A DNA stretch of 64,000 nucleotides. Source: Aplysia californica. Lineage: Eukaryota. Position 1 is the first letter of the stretch, and each line of letters begins with the position of its first letter. Location: positions 102,386 to 166,385 of the forward strand of contig NW_004797322.1 in the NCBI RefSeq assembly GCF_000002075.1, given 5' to 3'. The notes under the pieces were generated by a model. That model saw only the letters and a list, made by a program, of their open reading frames with translations, searched no databases and was not told the DNA's origin. Below, piece after piece: positions 37,339 to 49,159 of the stretch. The translations under genes were made by a program, and so were the position numbers.

Positions 37339-40300
37339 CGTATAACTTCATCATTCAACATTAGTGACAATGTATTTTCTAAGTGACATAAATTGTCATA
37401 AACTTTCTAATTTGTACTTTTATTTTTTAATTTTCACCCTGTATGATTTTAAAATGGGACACAAAATGAAGCAGTGTTGTCCTTAAAACAGGAATTGGAA
37501 ACTGATTATTATAGACTGCTTGTGGATACAACCATAGGGGAGGACATTGAAGTTATACAGTGTGATCCACAAAACAGCCCAGTCAAACTAAACTACCTTT
37601 TGGTTTAGCTTGCCTCATGATGTCCATACTTGATGTGTTAGTTGTCAAATTTGTCAGATATTTGGTTTCTTTTTACACCTTTACGATAATGACAGCAAGT
37701 TGTCTGAACTTCATTTTGATAGATTTAAAACTCTTAAATAGCATCAACTAAGCACACTGCCCTATCCTCTTTATTTCAGGGCTGAGGCCTCCAAAAGAGA
37801 AGGTAGTCCTACCACCCAAGCCTAAACAGTCAAGAAGCAATGCCGAAAAATGCCAAGCCTTTCGTGAACGGCTGAAGCAGGATGAAGTCAGGTGTAAAAT
37901 TGCCAAGGAGAAGAAGGAGGACAATCTCCTTTATCGTCTCAGCCGAACCCCTGAGCAGAAAGACCTGTTGAGAGAAAAGGCCAGACTCCGCCAGCAGAGG
38001 CGAAGGTAAGAGCTGTCCGTTTCAAATTGTCTTTAGAATTTAAAACCTTAAGCTTTAATGCCCACATTCACATGGTTTCTACTTTTCAAAAAGTGCTTTT
38101 AGTTTAATGTTGTGTGTTCCTTTCCTTGCTAGAGTTCCAAGTTTGATTCCGCCGGGGGATCATTTGTATTTTTCCTGCACAGCCATGCAGATGGGACGGT
38201 CTTTGGTGTGGTTGACATTTTTATACAGTATTTCATTGGGATCCCCAAATTATAGTCAAGCCTCATTATACCACCAGCCCTGCTTACCGCCATGTTTTGC
38301 CAATGTACGAAAAGGAACGCCTCTATAGTATTTGGGCCTTTATACTGCCGTCCGCCAACTGTGAGTTGTACTGTAAGTAATAAATAAATGTAAATTTGCC
38401 CCGTTGTACAACCAGCAATTTGGCTGTCAGAAGAACACTACACATGACGCATGACACCCACACAGCAGCTGCTTGATAATCTCTTTCAAATACACATCTC
38501 TGCAAGATCTGCCTATTTTAAGCATCAATTGACTCCTGATGAATTTATTTTATTCTGAATACAAATTTATTTTGCAATTGTCTTCTAATCTACTTCATGA
38601 AACTGAAACGATCTTAATGTCGATAGTGCTAGAAAAGGGATTCCAGTAACCCTTTTCAAATGCTTTTAGGATCGCAGTTCCCAGTGCGGCATGTGTATGG
38701 AACCCCTAAACAAAAAGCCAAATTATTAGACAAAAGCTGTAAGAATCCTGTGCTCTCATTTAATTAATTACTACCTCTCATTATAATCTGTGGTGTGAGA
38801 GAAGCCAAAATCCTGGTGGATTTATCACATTATTGTGTAGTTGATTAATTTTTTTTTTTTAATGTTAATGTCACAGGGCAGAACTAAAGAAGATCCGAGC
38901 TGAGAGCAATGGCCAACTCCCTCAGACTACCCCTGGGAAAAAGAAAGAGGAACCAAAGAGTCCATTCGTGACTAGGAAACAGGCTCAGTTGGCGGCTGCC
39001 AAAAAAGAGAAAAACCGACTTAGTCAGCAGGTGAGATCCTGTTTTTTTAAATTTTAAAAGCTATTATAAAATTGTGAATTTGCTTGTATTGGTTTTAAAA
39101 TCTCAATTTAAAAAAAAGAATTTCAACAGTTTTGTTTGGGGAATTTGATATAGTGCCAAGTTTGACCTAGTCTTTTGTTTAGATTGATTTTTATTTAATT
39201 TATATCTTTTTTTTTTTTTAGGAATATAGTAGGGAAAGTTCTCAATGAAAGATTTTCAGTGTTTGTACAGCAGAAATCTAAATATAACAGGGATTGTAGA
39301 ACCAGAGTAAAATCCCTGTTTTATCTGGTCCCCCAAGGCAACAGTCAGGAAGAGAAAAACAAGCGGGAATTTGAAAAATCATTGTTATAATTCAACAAGA
39401 TCCGTATAAAATTAGGTAGAGTCTGTCACAAGTGGTTTCAGCTCTATAAACTAGGTAGCGTAAACTCGGTGGCGGGGAGCGGTGCGGCGCTGGCCGGGTG
39501 GGCGCTGTTTTTTTGCCATTATAACGGCAGATCATGTTTGAAGCAATAAAATACTATTTGCAATGATCTCACAGTCTTGAAAAAAATTAGGCTCTATGTT
39601 ATAGGGGTTGTATTCTTTTAATGTGATGTTTGGTGCCCTTGGTACTTTTTTATTACCTGTCAAACATCGGGTTGAAGCCAGTTAGCGACTTAAGCAAATA
39701 TGATTATATTAAAAACAGCTGCCATTTTCTTAAAAATTGACTGAGAGGTTAAAGAATGGTATGGAAATTCTCAGATATAGGCCTTTCATATGGTACACAT
39801 AAATTTGTCATACAGCTACTTTGAAAATTTAGTTTCTGGTCTATATAAACATTTTATGAGAAAAAAAACAATTTCTTGAGAATTTTTACCCCTGGTGGTA
39901 AGCACAAGTTTGAAATAAAGCTCTTTGTACTCCTTTTTTTGGGGGGTGTAAAATAGAAAAGACGTGCCAACATGAGTGCACAGAAGAAGAGGAGGGAGCT
40001 GGAGAAACAGAGGGACCGGTACCGGAGGCAGCAAGAGAGGCGACAGGCAGAGGCACCACAGCCACGTAGCAAAAGAGCTGGGGGCATTGTTCGGGCGCTG
40101 TTTTCCCTTAAGGAAAAAATTTAATTTTCAAGAAATAAGTTTTCCCTCTGGAAGTCTGATTTCTTGAAAAAACTACTGAAACAGAGGGATGTAAGTATGG
40201 TGAAGGACTTAAGTTCTTATTATAATAGGGGCACTGCATGTTCTTTTGGGGTTCCCCATTTTTTGGAAAGAAATGCCATTGATTTTCCTGGCAAGAAAGG

Positions 40301-41682
40301 GTCAGTAGACCAAAAAAAGGTCCTGACCAAATCAATGGTAGTTCTTTTCAAAGAATTAAAAAAAACCCACCCCAATGTAAAGATATCCTTCGCTACTTTT
40401 AAGCGAAGAAGACCCCAAAGTATTTCTCTGTCTTCCAGCAGGAAGTTTCTTCAATGTCTCTGCGAAAGATGCACAAATGTCATGCTCCTTATGGAGGTAT
40501 TAAATAAAGAAATATCAAATAGAATTACCTCCATTGAGGCTCTTGTGGAGCAGACTCTCTGCCAGAATGTGGAGAGAATGTGTATTGAGCGACAATGCCC
40601 GAACTGTGGGGTTAATTCTCTTATACAGTCCATAAAAGGTAACATAGAGGATCTCACTGTCGTTCGAAAATGGTCGAAGTGGGAGAAGAGTGAAAAGGCC
40701 TCAAAAGACCTAGTCTTTCACGAGAGCCCCCTCAGTGAGATCCTCTCATTACTAGAGAAAAGTGTTCATGAGATTGCCAAGCACTTAAAAGTCGCAGAGT
40801 GGCAGAGAAAGCAATACCAATCTCTTAAATTCTCTTTGCCCCGGGGTCATGCTATGTGCACTGTGGACTTTGCTGAAAATTACTTGTGTAAATTTCAGAA
40901 CGAAGTCCAGAGTGCACATTGGTCTTACAGGCAGGTTTCTGTACATCCATGTGTTTTTTTTTAATAAATGTAATGAGGCAGACTGTCACAAAATTATCAC
41001 AGAGTATATAGTGTTTTTGTCTGATGAGCTCAGACATGACTCTCATTTAACTAAACATATTCTTCGTCGTTGCATTGAGAGGATGAAAGAAAAGGGTATT
41101 GTTGCCCTTCACTTTTTCAGTGACGGCTGTAGCAGCCAGTATAAAAGTAGGTACACCTTTCTGCATCTGTCTCAGCTGCAGGAAGAATACCAAAATATGA
41201 CAATCACCCGTCATTTTTTTGGGTCCAACCACGGAAAGAGTCTGTGTGACTCATGTGGTGGGGTGGTTAAGAATGCCGCCACAAGGGCAGTACTTTCTGG
41301 ATCTCATATTATCCAGAGTGCTGAACAGATGTTCAACTTTTGTAACGAGCACCTCAGCATTGCTCAAGACAGTACTTGTTGTCATTTGGAGAGTGTACGG
41401 TCTTTTGATCTTATCAATCCAAGTAACATAGAACGTGTGGAAACTGGTTCACTTCAGCCAGTTAAGGGAACTCAAACTATTCACAGTTTGCGTTTTCCGT
41501 CCACAGGGTCCTTAGAGACCAAGCTATTATCATGCTTTTGTGAAGTCTGCCCCATTGGGGAAAGGGGTGTGTGTGTAAATGAACCTTTTACGGGAGAGTG
41601 GTGTCAGCAAAAGATTGTGCGTGTGCGTAAACAAAAGAAAAAGAAATCTGTCAGTCAAGCCGTTTTGCCTGTTGTCCCTGTC

Positions 41683-41871
41683 GTCCCTGTTCAGTGTGAC
41701 ATTGTCCCTGTTCAGCGTGACATTGTCCCTGTTCAGTGTGACATTGTCCCTGTTCAGTGTGACATTGTCCCTGTTCAGCGTGACATTGTCCCTGTTCAGC
41801 GTGACATTGTCCCTGTTCAGCGTGACATTGTCCCTGTTCAGCGTGACATTGTCCCTGTTCAGCGTGACATT
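41683..41871 (+). repeat. 9 x 21-bp coding minisatellite (VPVQ[C/R]DI)
   Basis: GTCCCTGTTCAG(T/C)GTGACATT repeated nine times in frame. Confidence 0.97.
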
Positions 41872-43129
41872 GGTGTAGCTGACTCATCATCAAGGGGTGT
41901 TTATTTTGCCTCTTTGCGGGCCAAATTAACCAAGTGCAACACATTTGAGCAGTTGCAGTCTGTCTGTAGGTCAGCTTCAGCAGAGATGTCTCTGTACCCA
42001 ATGCCAGTAGTGGCACCAAAACGAGTTATAGATGTCGGCATTGTGGATGCAATTGCTTTGAGTCTTGTCCCCGACTACTTGAAGCCTTTACACCCTGTTC
42101 TCACCATAGCCGATGGGAACTGTGTTCCAAGAGCTTTTAGCCTCTTAGCCTTTGGTGACCAGGATCACCACAAAGAACTTAGGTGTAGGATAGTCATGGA
42201 GCTTGCCTTGAACTCTTTTGATTACTTGTGTCTGAGTTCCTCAGATTTGAATTTGTTACATGTTCTCTCTGATCACCACTGTGGTGATATCAAAGAAACC
42301 TTTGAAAGAGAGACTGTACACATTGCCCGAAACTCTGTGTACATGGGCATGTGGCAGATTATGGCAGCTTCCAATGTTCTGGGAGTGAATGTTTTTTCAG
42401 CCTTTCCTCAGAAGAGTATGAAAGTTTACCAGTCTTTTTTCTCCCGTAGACTAGTACCTCGGGGCACAGCAGTTGATACTACCATTGCTATTTTGTGGTC
42501 TGCAACAAAAGAGCACAATGAATTAATGTCTGATGAGCACTGGACAGCAAAACCATGTGGTCCCTCTTATGGGGTTGACAAGGTTTGTTGACGTAGACTC
42601 TGACCTTTGTTAAAATCTATCAAAGATCATCATGTACGGCAGAAATAGCCCTTGAAGTATTTTCATCATATCTTGGAGACCACAAAAGAGCATCGTTGTA
42701 TAAGTGGGAAATTTTTAGAACATTTTTACTCCGTATTTCACTGTTTTAACAGTTGGTTTTTATATTCTCTTCTCGTCTCTTCCTGTTTCCTTAAATTTAA
42801 ATTTGACAGGGGTTTTGTTGTGGCCCCCACATTCCCTGTTGTATCAGGTTTCAGCTGTTGCTTTAATTTGCAACGTATACCCTTTAGGCCTATGAGCCAT
42901 TAAATGCTTGGCAATCTCGTGTTGTGTTAATGATTTATAAGTTGTACACTGAGACAAAACCGTACTAAATGAGAAAGGTGCACCATTATGAAAGTGGAAC
43001 GAACTCAGTTGCCTGAAAAGGGTAGTTTGAGCATGTGTGGCCTAAATAAGCTAAACCCCCCTCCCTTACCTCATTTAGGCCATATGTGGCCTAAATAAGC
43101 ACTCCCTATATATATATATATATATGTAC

Positions 43130-43790
43130 AATTTTTACTCCTCACCGTCACTGTTAGCGACTCTCCAGGGTGGGTGCACCGACTGGTGCTGTCGGCACTG
43201 CTGTCGAGAGTCCACGTGTGAACCTTTTGAGCACAATTCACACAAACAATACTGCGCACAAGCGCATTTGCACGAAAGATGCCTCAGGTGGGTACAGGTC
43301 AGTGGACTAACTCGGCATCGCGGAGAACTACAACACACTTATGGGTGGTGTGGACCACTTCAATCAAGTTTTAATAAAAAATTACACCCATCCCCATCAC
43401 AACTACAAATGGTACCACGCCCTGTACCACTACCTGAAAAACATCTGCTCGAAGGCCGCAACGTCAAGGTGCAATGATGGCCATCTGCAAAAGATTTTCG
43501 AAAGTTGGCGGTGGACGTCCTGATTCAACCCCATATTATGGTACAGCAACAGACCGGGAGACTCCAATCAATGCTGTCGATTGGCTAAATACTGCAAAAT
43601 TCGGACACTTTCCAGCAAAGTCTGCCGACCCTAAACACCGCCAGTTGACATAGTCTGTGCATCAATCAAGAAACAGGCTCCATGTCGTCATTATTGTCTG
43701 ACGTTCAACATTGCACTGTGTGCTGAAGACTTTCCGCATTTACTGCATGGCAAAAGACTTCAGGAAGCAAGGCACCAGCATGCTAAGTTA
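43130..43790 (+). pseudogene. piggyBac transposase C-terminal fragment
   Basis: YNTLMGGVDHFNQ...Y...KWYH; degenerate Cys-rich tail (RHYC..FNIALCAED). Confidence 0.7.
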
Positions 43791-43879
43791 AATGTCTGTG
43801 ATTCCATGATGTTCACTGTACACTTTGACCGTGCTGTTGTTGAGATTTCCATGCTGGACAGCAACAGGAACCCACTAGA

Positions 43880-44100
43880 ACAGCAGAGAATGGATGTTAG
43901 TTAGCCCATCCCAGAGGAAGAAATGAAAGTATTTTTGGGAATCTGTACACGTCTATTGTTGACTTGCCTTTCAGGGGTATGTACTGGGCACCACAAACCA
44001 GACAGGCTAAGCAGACGTGGTTGACAACACGACAGTAAATCATTTCGAAGAGATATTTTCTCTGTTGCATCTGAATGACAATGTCCTCATGCGTAGCAGA
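43880..44100 (+). pseudogene. piggyBac transposase core fragment
   Basis: EEMKVFLGI...MYWAP...FEEIFSLLHLNDN (RFxxIxxxLHFNDN-type motif). Confidence 0.6.
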
Positions 44101-44199
44101 GGGGGCACCCAAACTTTTTGTGTGTGTTGAGTTTGAGTTCTTTCTGTCTTTAAAGCTGAAGCAAGTAAAAATATGAATGAACTTTGAAAAATAAGTTTG

Positions 44200-44395
44200 G
44201 AATACCCATCGTTAGACAGAGATAAATTAGAAGGAAAAACTTTGGAAATAGGTGTCATCCAAGTACATGCACCAATATCAAAGCATGACAATGAGGAAGT
44301 AGATAAATTTTATGAAGACATTGATAAGGCGATCTAACAACTAAAATCTCAGGAAGTAAAGCTAGTCATAAGGGATTTTAATGCGAAAGTAACGC
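44200..44395 (+). mobile_element. RTE LINE AP-endonuclease fragment
   Basis: IQVHAPISKHDNEEVDKFYEDI...DFNAKV. Confidence 0.7.
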
Positions 44396-47054
44396 AGCGA
44401 ACAACTCACAGAACGGTGCAGGGAAAATAATTTCATGATTTCAAACACCTGGTACGAACACCCCCTGCCCAAAAAGACAATACACTATATTTTTGTGTGT
44501 AGGGAAAGCCAACAGTGCACAAAAGTCAAAGCTACAGATCAGGAGTGAGGAAGAGCAATATATGGAGGAATAAAAAACTGTTCTGCTCGAGATCAAGAGA
44601 CACGGTACAAAGAATATTTCATAAAAAAGTTGCGACATGTCTTTCTTTACGATAGGGAAAAGTGAACTTATTACAACAGCTAAAGGCAACGGTGCATGCG
44701 AAGTACAGCAAGTCCTGAGAGCCAAGACACAATTATCAGATAAAGTTTGCTCAATTAAAATACTCAACAAATTACATTTCAAACTTCATCAGCCAAGATT
44801 TTGCAATTCCCACATAAGTAGGCCTACCTGTAGTACAAAAGAGCAAAAATGGCCCTCCAAAAAGTACAAGTCTCAGGTAATTTAGGCCCTGTTTGTATTT
44901 CATTTGAATACTTCAGACACAAAGAAAATTTGCATTCTTAGACCTTTTCTAACAGACCAAGATGAACCCTGTTGCTTTAAATTTCAAAACTACACATGGA
45001 ACTAACTAAGCCAATAAACCTTACTTAGTCTTTCAAATAGACTACTGCTTGGACTTTTAGAGCTTACAGACTCTCAATCGCCCACAAAGCCCGTCTAAAA
45101 AACAAAAAGGTGGATCTATTCCTTAATAACTAATGTGCCCCCAAAAAATGTAAAAATTTCTTTTTAATTAAAAAAAAAAACGCAAGGAGATCTGATTAAA
45201 TTCAAGTTTATGGAGGCAGGAAAAGAAACGGTGCTGCAGATCTATGTAACCAATTAAGTGAACCAGTGCAGTTTTTGGGTGTAATCAAACTTCAACAAAT
45301 CTGACTTCACAACAGCAGCACTTTGTGGTCAGTTGCTGATATCCAAGGAACCAAAAACTCCCTTTACCATGCATGACATGAGGAAACATACACTACACTG
45401 ATAATTTTTGGTACTCCCACTGGAACTCCAGTAATGTTCTAGTTCTGTTCCACATGTCTTTCCAGAGCAGCAAATTCATGGGTTGTGAAGAGGAGATCGA
45501 CCAACTTCCCTCCATCCGAAGCAAATGACGTGATGGGTTCATGGCATATATTGATCGAGGGGAAATCTCAAAATCTGGCAACAGATTTGCTCTCTAGCTT
45601 TTTAACGCTGATTACAAGATCTGTGGAGCCAGACTCACAACACCAAGACATTTGCCCTTTACTTTTTCTTCTTCACCCACAGGTGAATCTTTTAACTCAT
45701 TTTAAGAAAATCTACAAGCACTGTCAAACCTTCCTTGCCTAAAAACAGAATCTGCCTAGCTGTGCCTTCATATAGGACTAAATAGCTTTTTAAAAAACAA
45801 TGTAAAAAAAAACTATTCAAAACAATTAGTCGGATACAAAGGTGGGTCTTTCTTTTTCTTTTCGGTTCCATCAAAAGCGGGCTGCTGTGAAATACAAACA
45901 GGGCAGAAATTCTGTCTACTGAGGTTGACATTCTCTGGCCTCTCCTATATATATTGTGGTTGAGCAAACGTTTTCTGACCTAATATTTATGGTGTGTTAA
46001 CATTTTCCACTTCAAATTCAGTTTTGTGTTGGGGCTCCTGATACGACAACAAATAAAATTAAAGCAAAAGGGACGCCGTTTCACTTATCAGTTGGAAACT
46101 TATCTATAAAAAAAATGTTTTATTCTGTTCAGGGAACAACTCTCTCTCTCCACACCAGAGACACGAGCACAGGTCACGAAATTAACTTTTAAAATCTCAG
46201 AAAAGATTTCGACATTCTGCTCAAGTCTACATTTAAACTCCCACCCAGACCCTCTTCTAACCATGCCCACTACAATTCTTTTGGGGGGGAAATGGGATTA
46301 CTTCTTTCACATCAACAAGACAGCTGGAACATCATTAAATGAAAACCTGGGAAGGACGAGCAGACTCCAGAATTTTACCCTTTGCACATAAAAGGAAAGA
46401 AGAGCTGGTCAATACAGCAAGGAAAAGTGGGGCTTTTTTTAGGAAAGCAGCTGTGACCCTCAACGAGACAGTACTGTAAGAGACTTCTTAAAATAAAAAA
46501 GAGGTGTTTTTATGCACCCATAAACTCACTTTAGATCATTTAAGAGTGTGGGCTTGTTTCCGATCATGCCTGTCAGGGTAACACGGGCTGAGAGTGAGCG
46601 GGATACAACATCCCATAAACAAAGACAGAGATACTCGATTAAGATTTCCTTTTATGCATGTGACACCTACTACAACACAACGCTGGTCTGTGACTGCCAA
46701 TAGAACAGGGGCATATAAATAGACCCACTACCTTGTCTGTAGGAGGTGTAACCCCTTCAATGACGAAGTGTTGCACATGGACCCCAACCCTCTGGGATCC
46801 GTGTGCGACACTCACTTTGGTGTATCTTCCTTTTCTCCTTCCTTCTTTCTTTCTCCTTCTATCTTTCTTCCCACCGCTGACCTCATGTGCAGCAAAAAGA
46901 GAGGTCACCCATCCCACAGAGTGGGCGCCTTGTTGACCGTGAGGTGCGACCCGTGCGGAGGGAAACCGGGCACCTGGCGGTTGAGGTAAGATCAGTCTAC
47001 GGACTGTCCCTCACCAACACACCTCTTTGGCCCAGGTGTTCCTCTTATGTATGT

Positions 47055-48620
47055 ATAGTATAAGGTTTTACGGCGCTCGCAACTGCTAAGGTCATATGAG
47101 CGCGCGAAACACAAGTTGTTCACCTCTGCGAAAGTTCACTTCACGACTGGCTAACTAATTTACTTTAAAATGCTAAAAAGTTAAAATATTCAAATTCGGT
47201 GTAAATACATTTGTGATCTAAAACAACTTTTAAGTAACAATAAATTTTTTAAATAATATCAAATTCACTCTACAACTCGCCATAAAGGCCAATGGCCTTT
47301 ATAAAATTTAAAATTCTGCTGGGAACAACGACGGAAAAAATATCCTGCAATTTCTTGCATTTATATTTCCTTCGGATCTCTCCAAAGTCTAGACATTCTG
47401 TTAAAATGTGTCTAATGGTAAAATCTGTGTCGCATCCGACACAGAACGGCTTCTCATCTACCTGTAGGAGGTATTTGTGGGTCAGGGCCGTGTGTCCGAT
47501 GCGCAATCGAGTAAAAATGACTTCGTCTGTTCGGGAGAGGTCCGAAGGATTTCGCTGTTTCAGTTTGGGTTTTATTTCATATAGTTTATTATTTTTCTGG
47601 TTTTCCCAGTGGCTCTCCCACAGACTGGAGGGGTACTTTTTTACTTTATTTCTAAAGTCAGTCTGTGGGAGAGTGTTTGTCGTTGATCCCAGCAGAAGGG
47701 ATGAAGCTTTCTTCGCCAGGTCGTCTACCTGCTCGTTTCCTCGAAAGCCCACATGGCTGGGTATCCATGCGAACATGATGTTTTCCCTGTTTCGGATAGT
47801 GTATGAATTTTCTGTTGTAGCCTAACTATTTTTGGGTGTAAGAGTGTGTAGTTTGTGAGTGAGGTGATGCAAGACAGAGAGTCAGAAAGGATTAGGAAAG
47901 ATTTGTTTGGAGAATTTTCTACGGAGTCCAGTGCCATGTCAATGGCAGTGGCCTCTGCAGAGAAAATGGAGGCTTCAGGATGGAGTCTCCTCTGGTGTGT
48001 ACTGTTGGGAGATAGGGTAGTGGCGCCCACTTCATTGTCTTTTTTGGAGCCATCTGTGAAGATGAGCTCCGCACCGGGGTATTTATCTATCTGTGAAGAT
48101 GAGCTCCGCACCGGGGTATTTATCTATCTGTGAAGATGAGCTCCGCACCGGGGTATTTATCTATCTGTGAAGATAAGCTCCCTTCTGCAGACGAAGCAGT
48201 GGGTCTATTTATATCCCCCCGACCCACTGGGGGTACTGTGAAGATGAGCTCCGCACCGGGGTATTTATCCATCTGTGAAGATGAGCTCCGCACCGGGGTA
48301 TTTATCTATCTGTGAAGATAAGCTCCGCACCGGGGTATTTATCTATCTGTGAAGATGAGCTCCGCACCGGGGTATTTATCTATCTGTGAAGATGAGCTCC
48401 GCACCGGGGTATTTATCCATCTGTGAAGATGAGCTCCGCACCGGGGTATTTATCTATCTGTGAAGATGAGCTCCGCACCGGGGTATGTATCTATTGGTTT
48501 TTTGTATTCTGCTTTAAAAGTTTTGGTGTTTGTGCTTTCTTTGTTGTGTGTGGTCAGCTGCAAGTCTACTTTTGCCTTGGTGAGGTGCCATGGAGGGAGG
48601 TCGGGGAAAAGAAATTGTAT
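47055..48620 (-). mobile_element. I-group (Nimb-like) LINE 3' part with RNase H domain
   Basis: IFTDGSK, SIFSAEATAI, ILSDSLS, WIPSHVG.RGNEQVD.LAK, TRLRIGHT..TH, CVGC..TIRHILTEC; 3' UTR with the shared tail. Confidence 0.92.
48056..48493. repeat. ~11 x 37-bp minisatellite inside the LINE RNase H region, with one 57-bp interruption
   Basis: GTGAAGATGAGCTCCGCACCGGGGTATTTATCTATCT at 48056, 48093, 48130, 48167 (partial), then 48238 through 48460. Confidence 0.95.
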
Positions 48621-49159
48621 CATTGCCTATAGGCTCGAAAGAAAGGAAACGGCTCATGATCCTCCTACAAAATGCAGGAAATCACGAGCATAACTGTGAG
48701 GTAAGGAATTTTTGTTGCTGAATGGCCCTAATTCTTTCAAAATCAACAATTTTTGGTATGCAATAACTGAGTTTGGTCAATTTATTTTCATGATAGGTAT
48801 TTACTGAAGTTTTCTCACATCCCTATTGTTCTGAAATCTATTTTCTTAATAAGAACATGATCAAGGGCATATTAAAAATTTGTGGCTCCCATCTTCAGGT
48901 AAGTTCATTTGTTATCATAAGTATGAGATTGTGCATTGCTACATCAGGTCAAGTCAGAGAATAAAGAGATTGTCCCAAAGTTATTAAAGTTAAAACCTTG
49001 ATACTCCATCTGGTCTTACTTGGTTGTTCAACTTAAAGCTGGTGTTTTATTTTAAAAATTATCTATGTGTGTGTGTGTGTGTGCCCAAGTTCGTACGTGT
49101 CTGCCTGCACAAAAATATTTTTGTTATTGACTGAGGTTTCAATATGCTCCTTCTTATCC

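Larger units (their letters stand above)
36027..42591 (+). pseudogene. Spliced Sola2-type DDD transposase fused to a vertnin-like OTU domain; exons 36027-36045, 37780-38005, 38877-39030, 39957-~42590
   Basis: All three introns are GT-AG and phase-compatible (1, 2, 0). Charged helical N-terminus; C-x-C-x-x-C motif CLCERC; DFAENY...VQSAHW..QVSVHP, SDELRHD, FSDGCSSQYK, FFGSNHGKSLCDSCGGVVK; SCFCxxC; then ADGNCVPRAFS...ELRCRIVMEL. Three lesions: TAA at 40122-40124, extra base in T9 at 40954-40962, extra base in the A run near 42550. Confidence 0.85.

Noticed and set aside
39222-39250. Alternative acceptor for Sola2 exon 4 after the long T tract
   Set aside because: It hits a stop after eight codons, while the acceptor at 39956 gives a continuous, sensible protein. 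It could still be a non-productive splice site.
43897-44112. THAP domain on the - strand (CLVCG...YRFP)
   Set aside because: The + strand gives stronger piggyBac motifs; the - strand match looks coincidental.
45300-45800. Possible coding relic on the - strand
   Set aside because: Multiple stops and no motif I can assign.
48056-48493. 37-bp repeat as a CRISPR array
   Set aside because: Units are contiguous without spacers and derive from LINE coding sequence.
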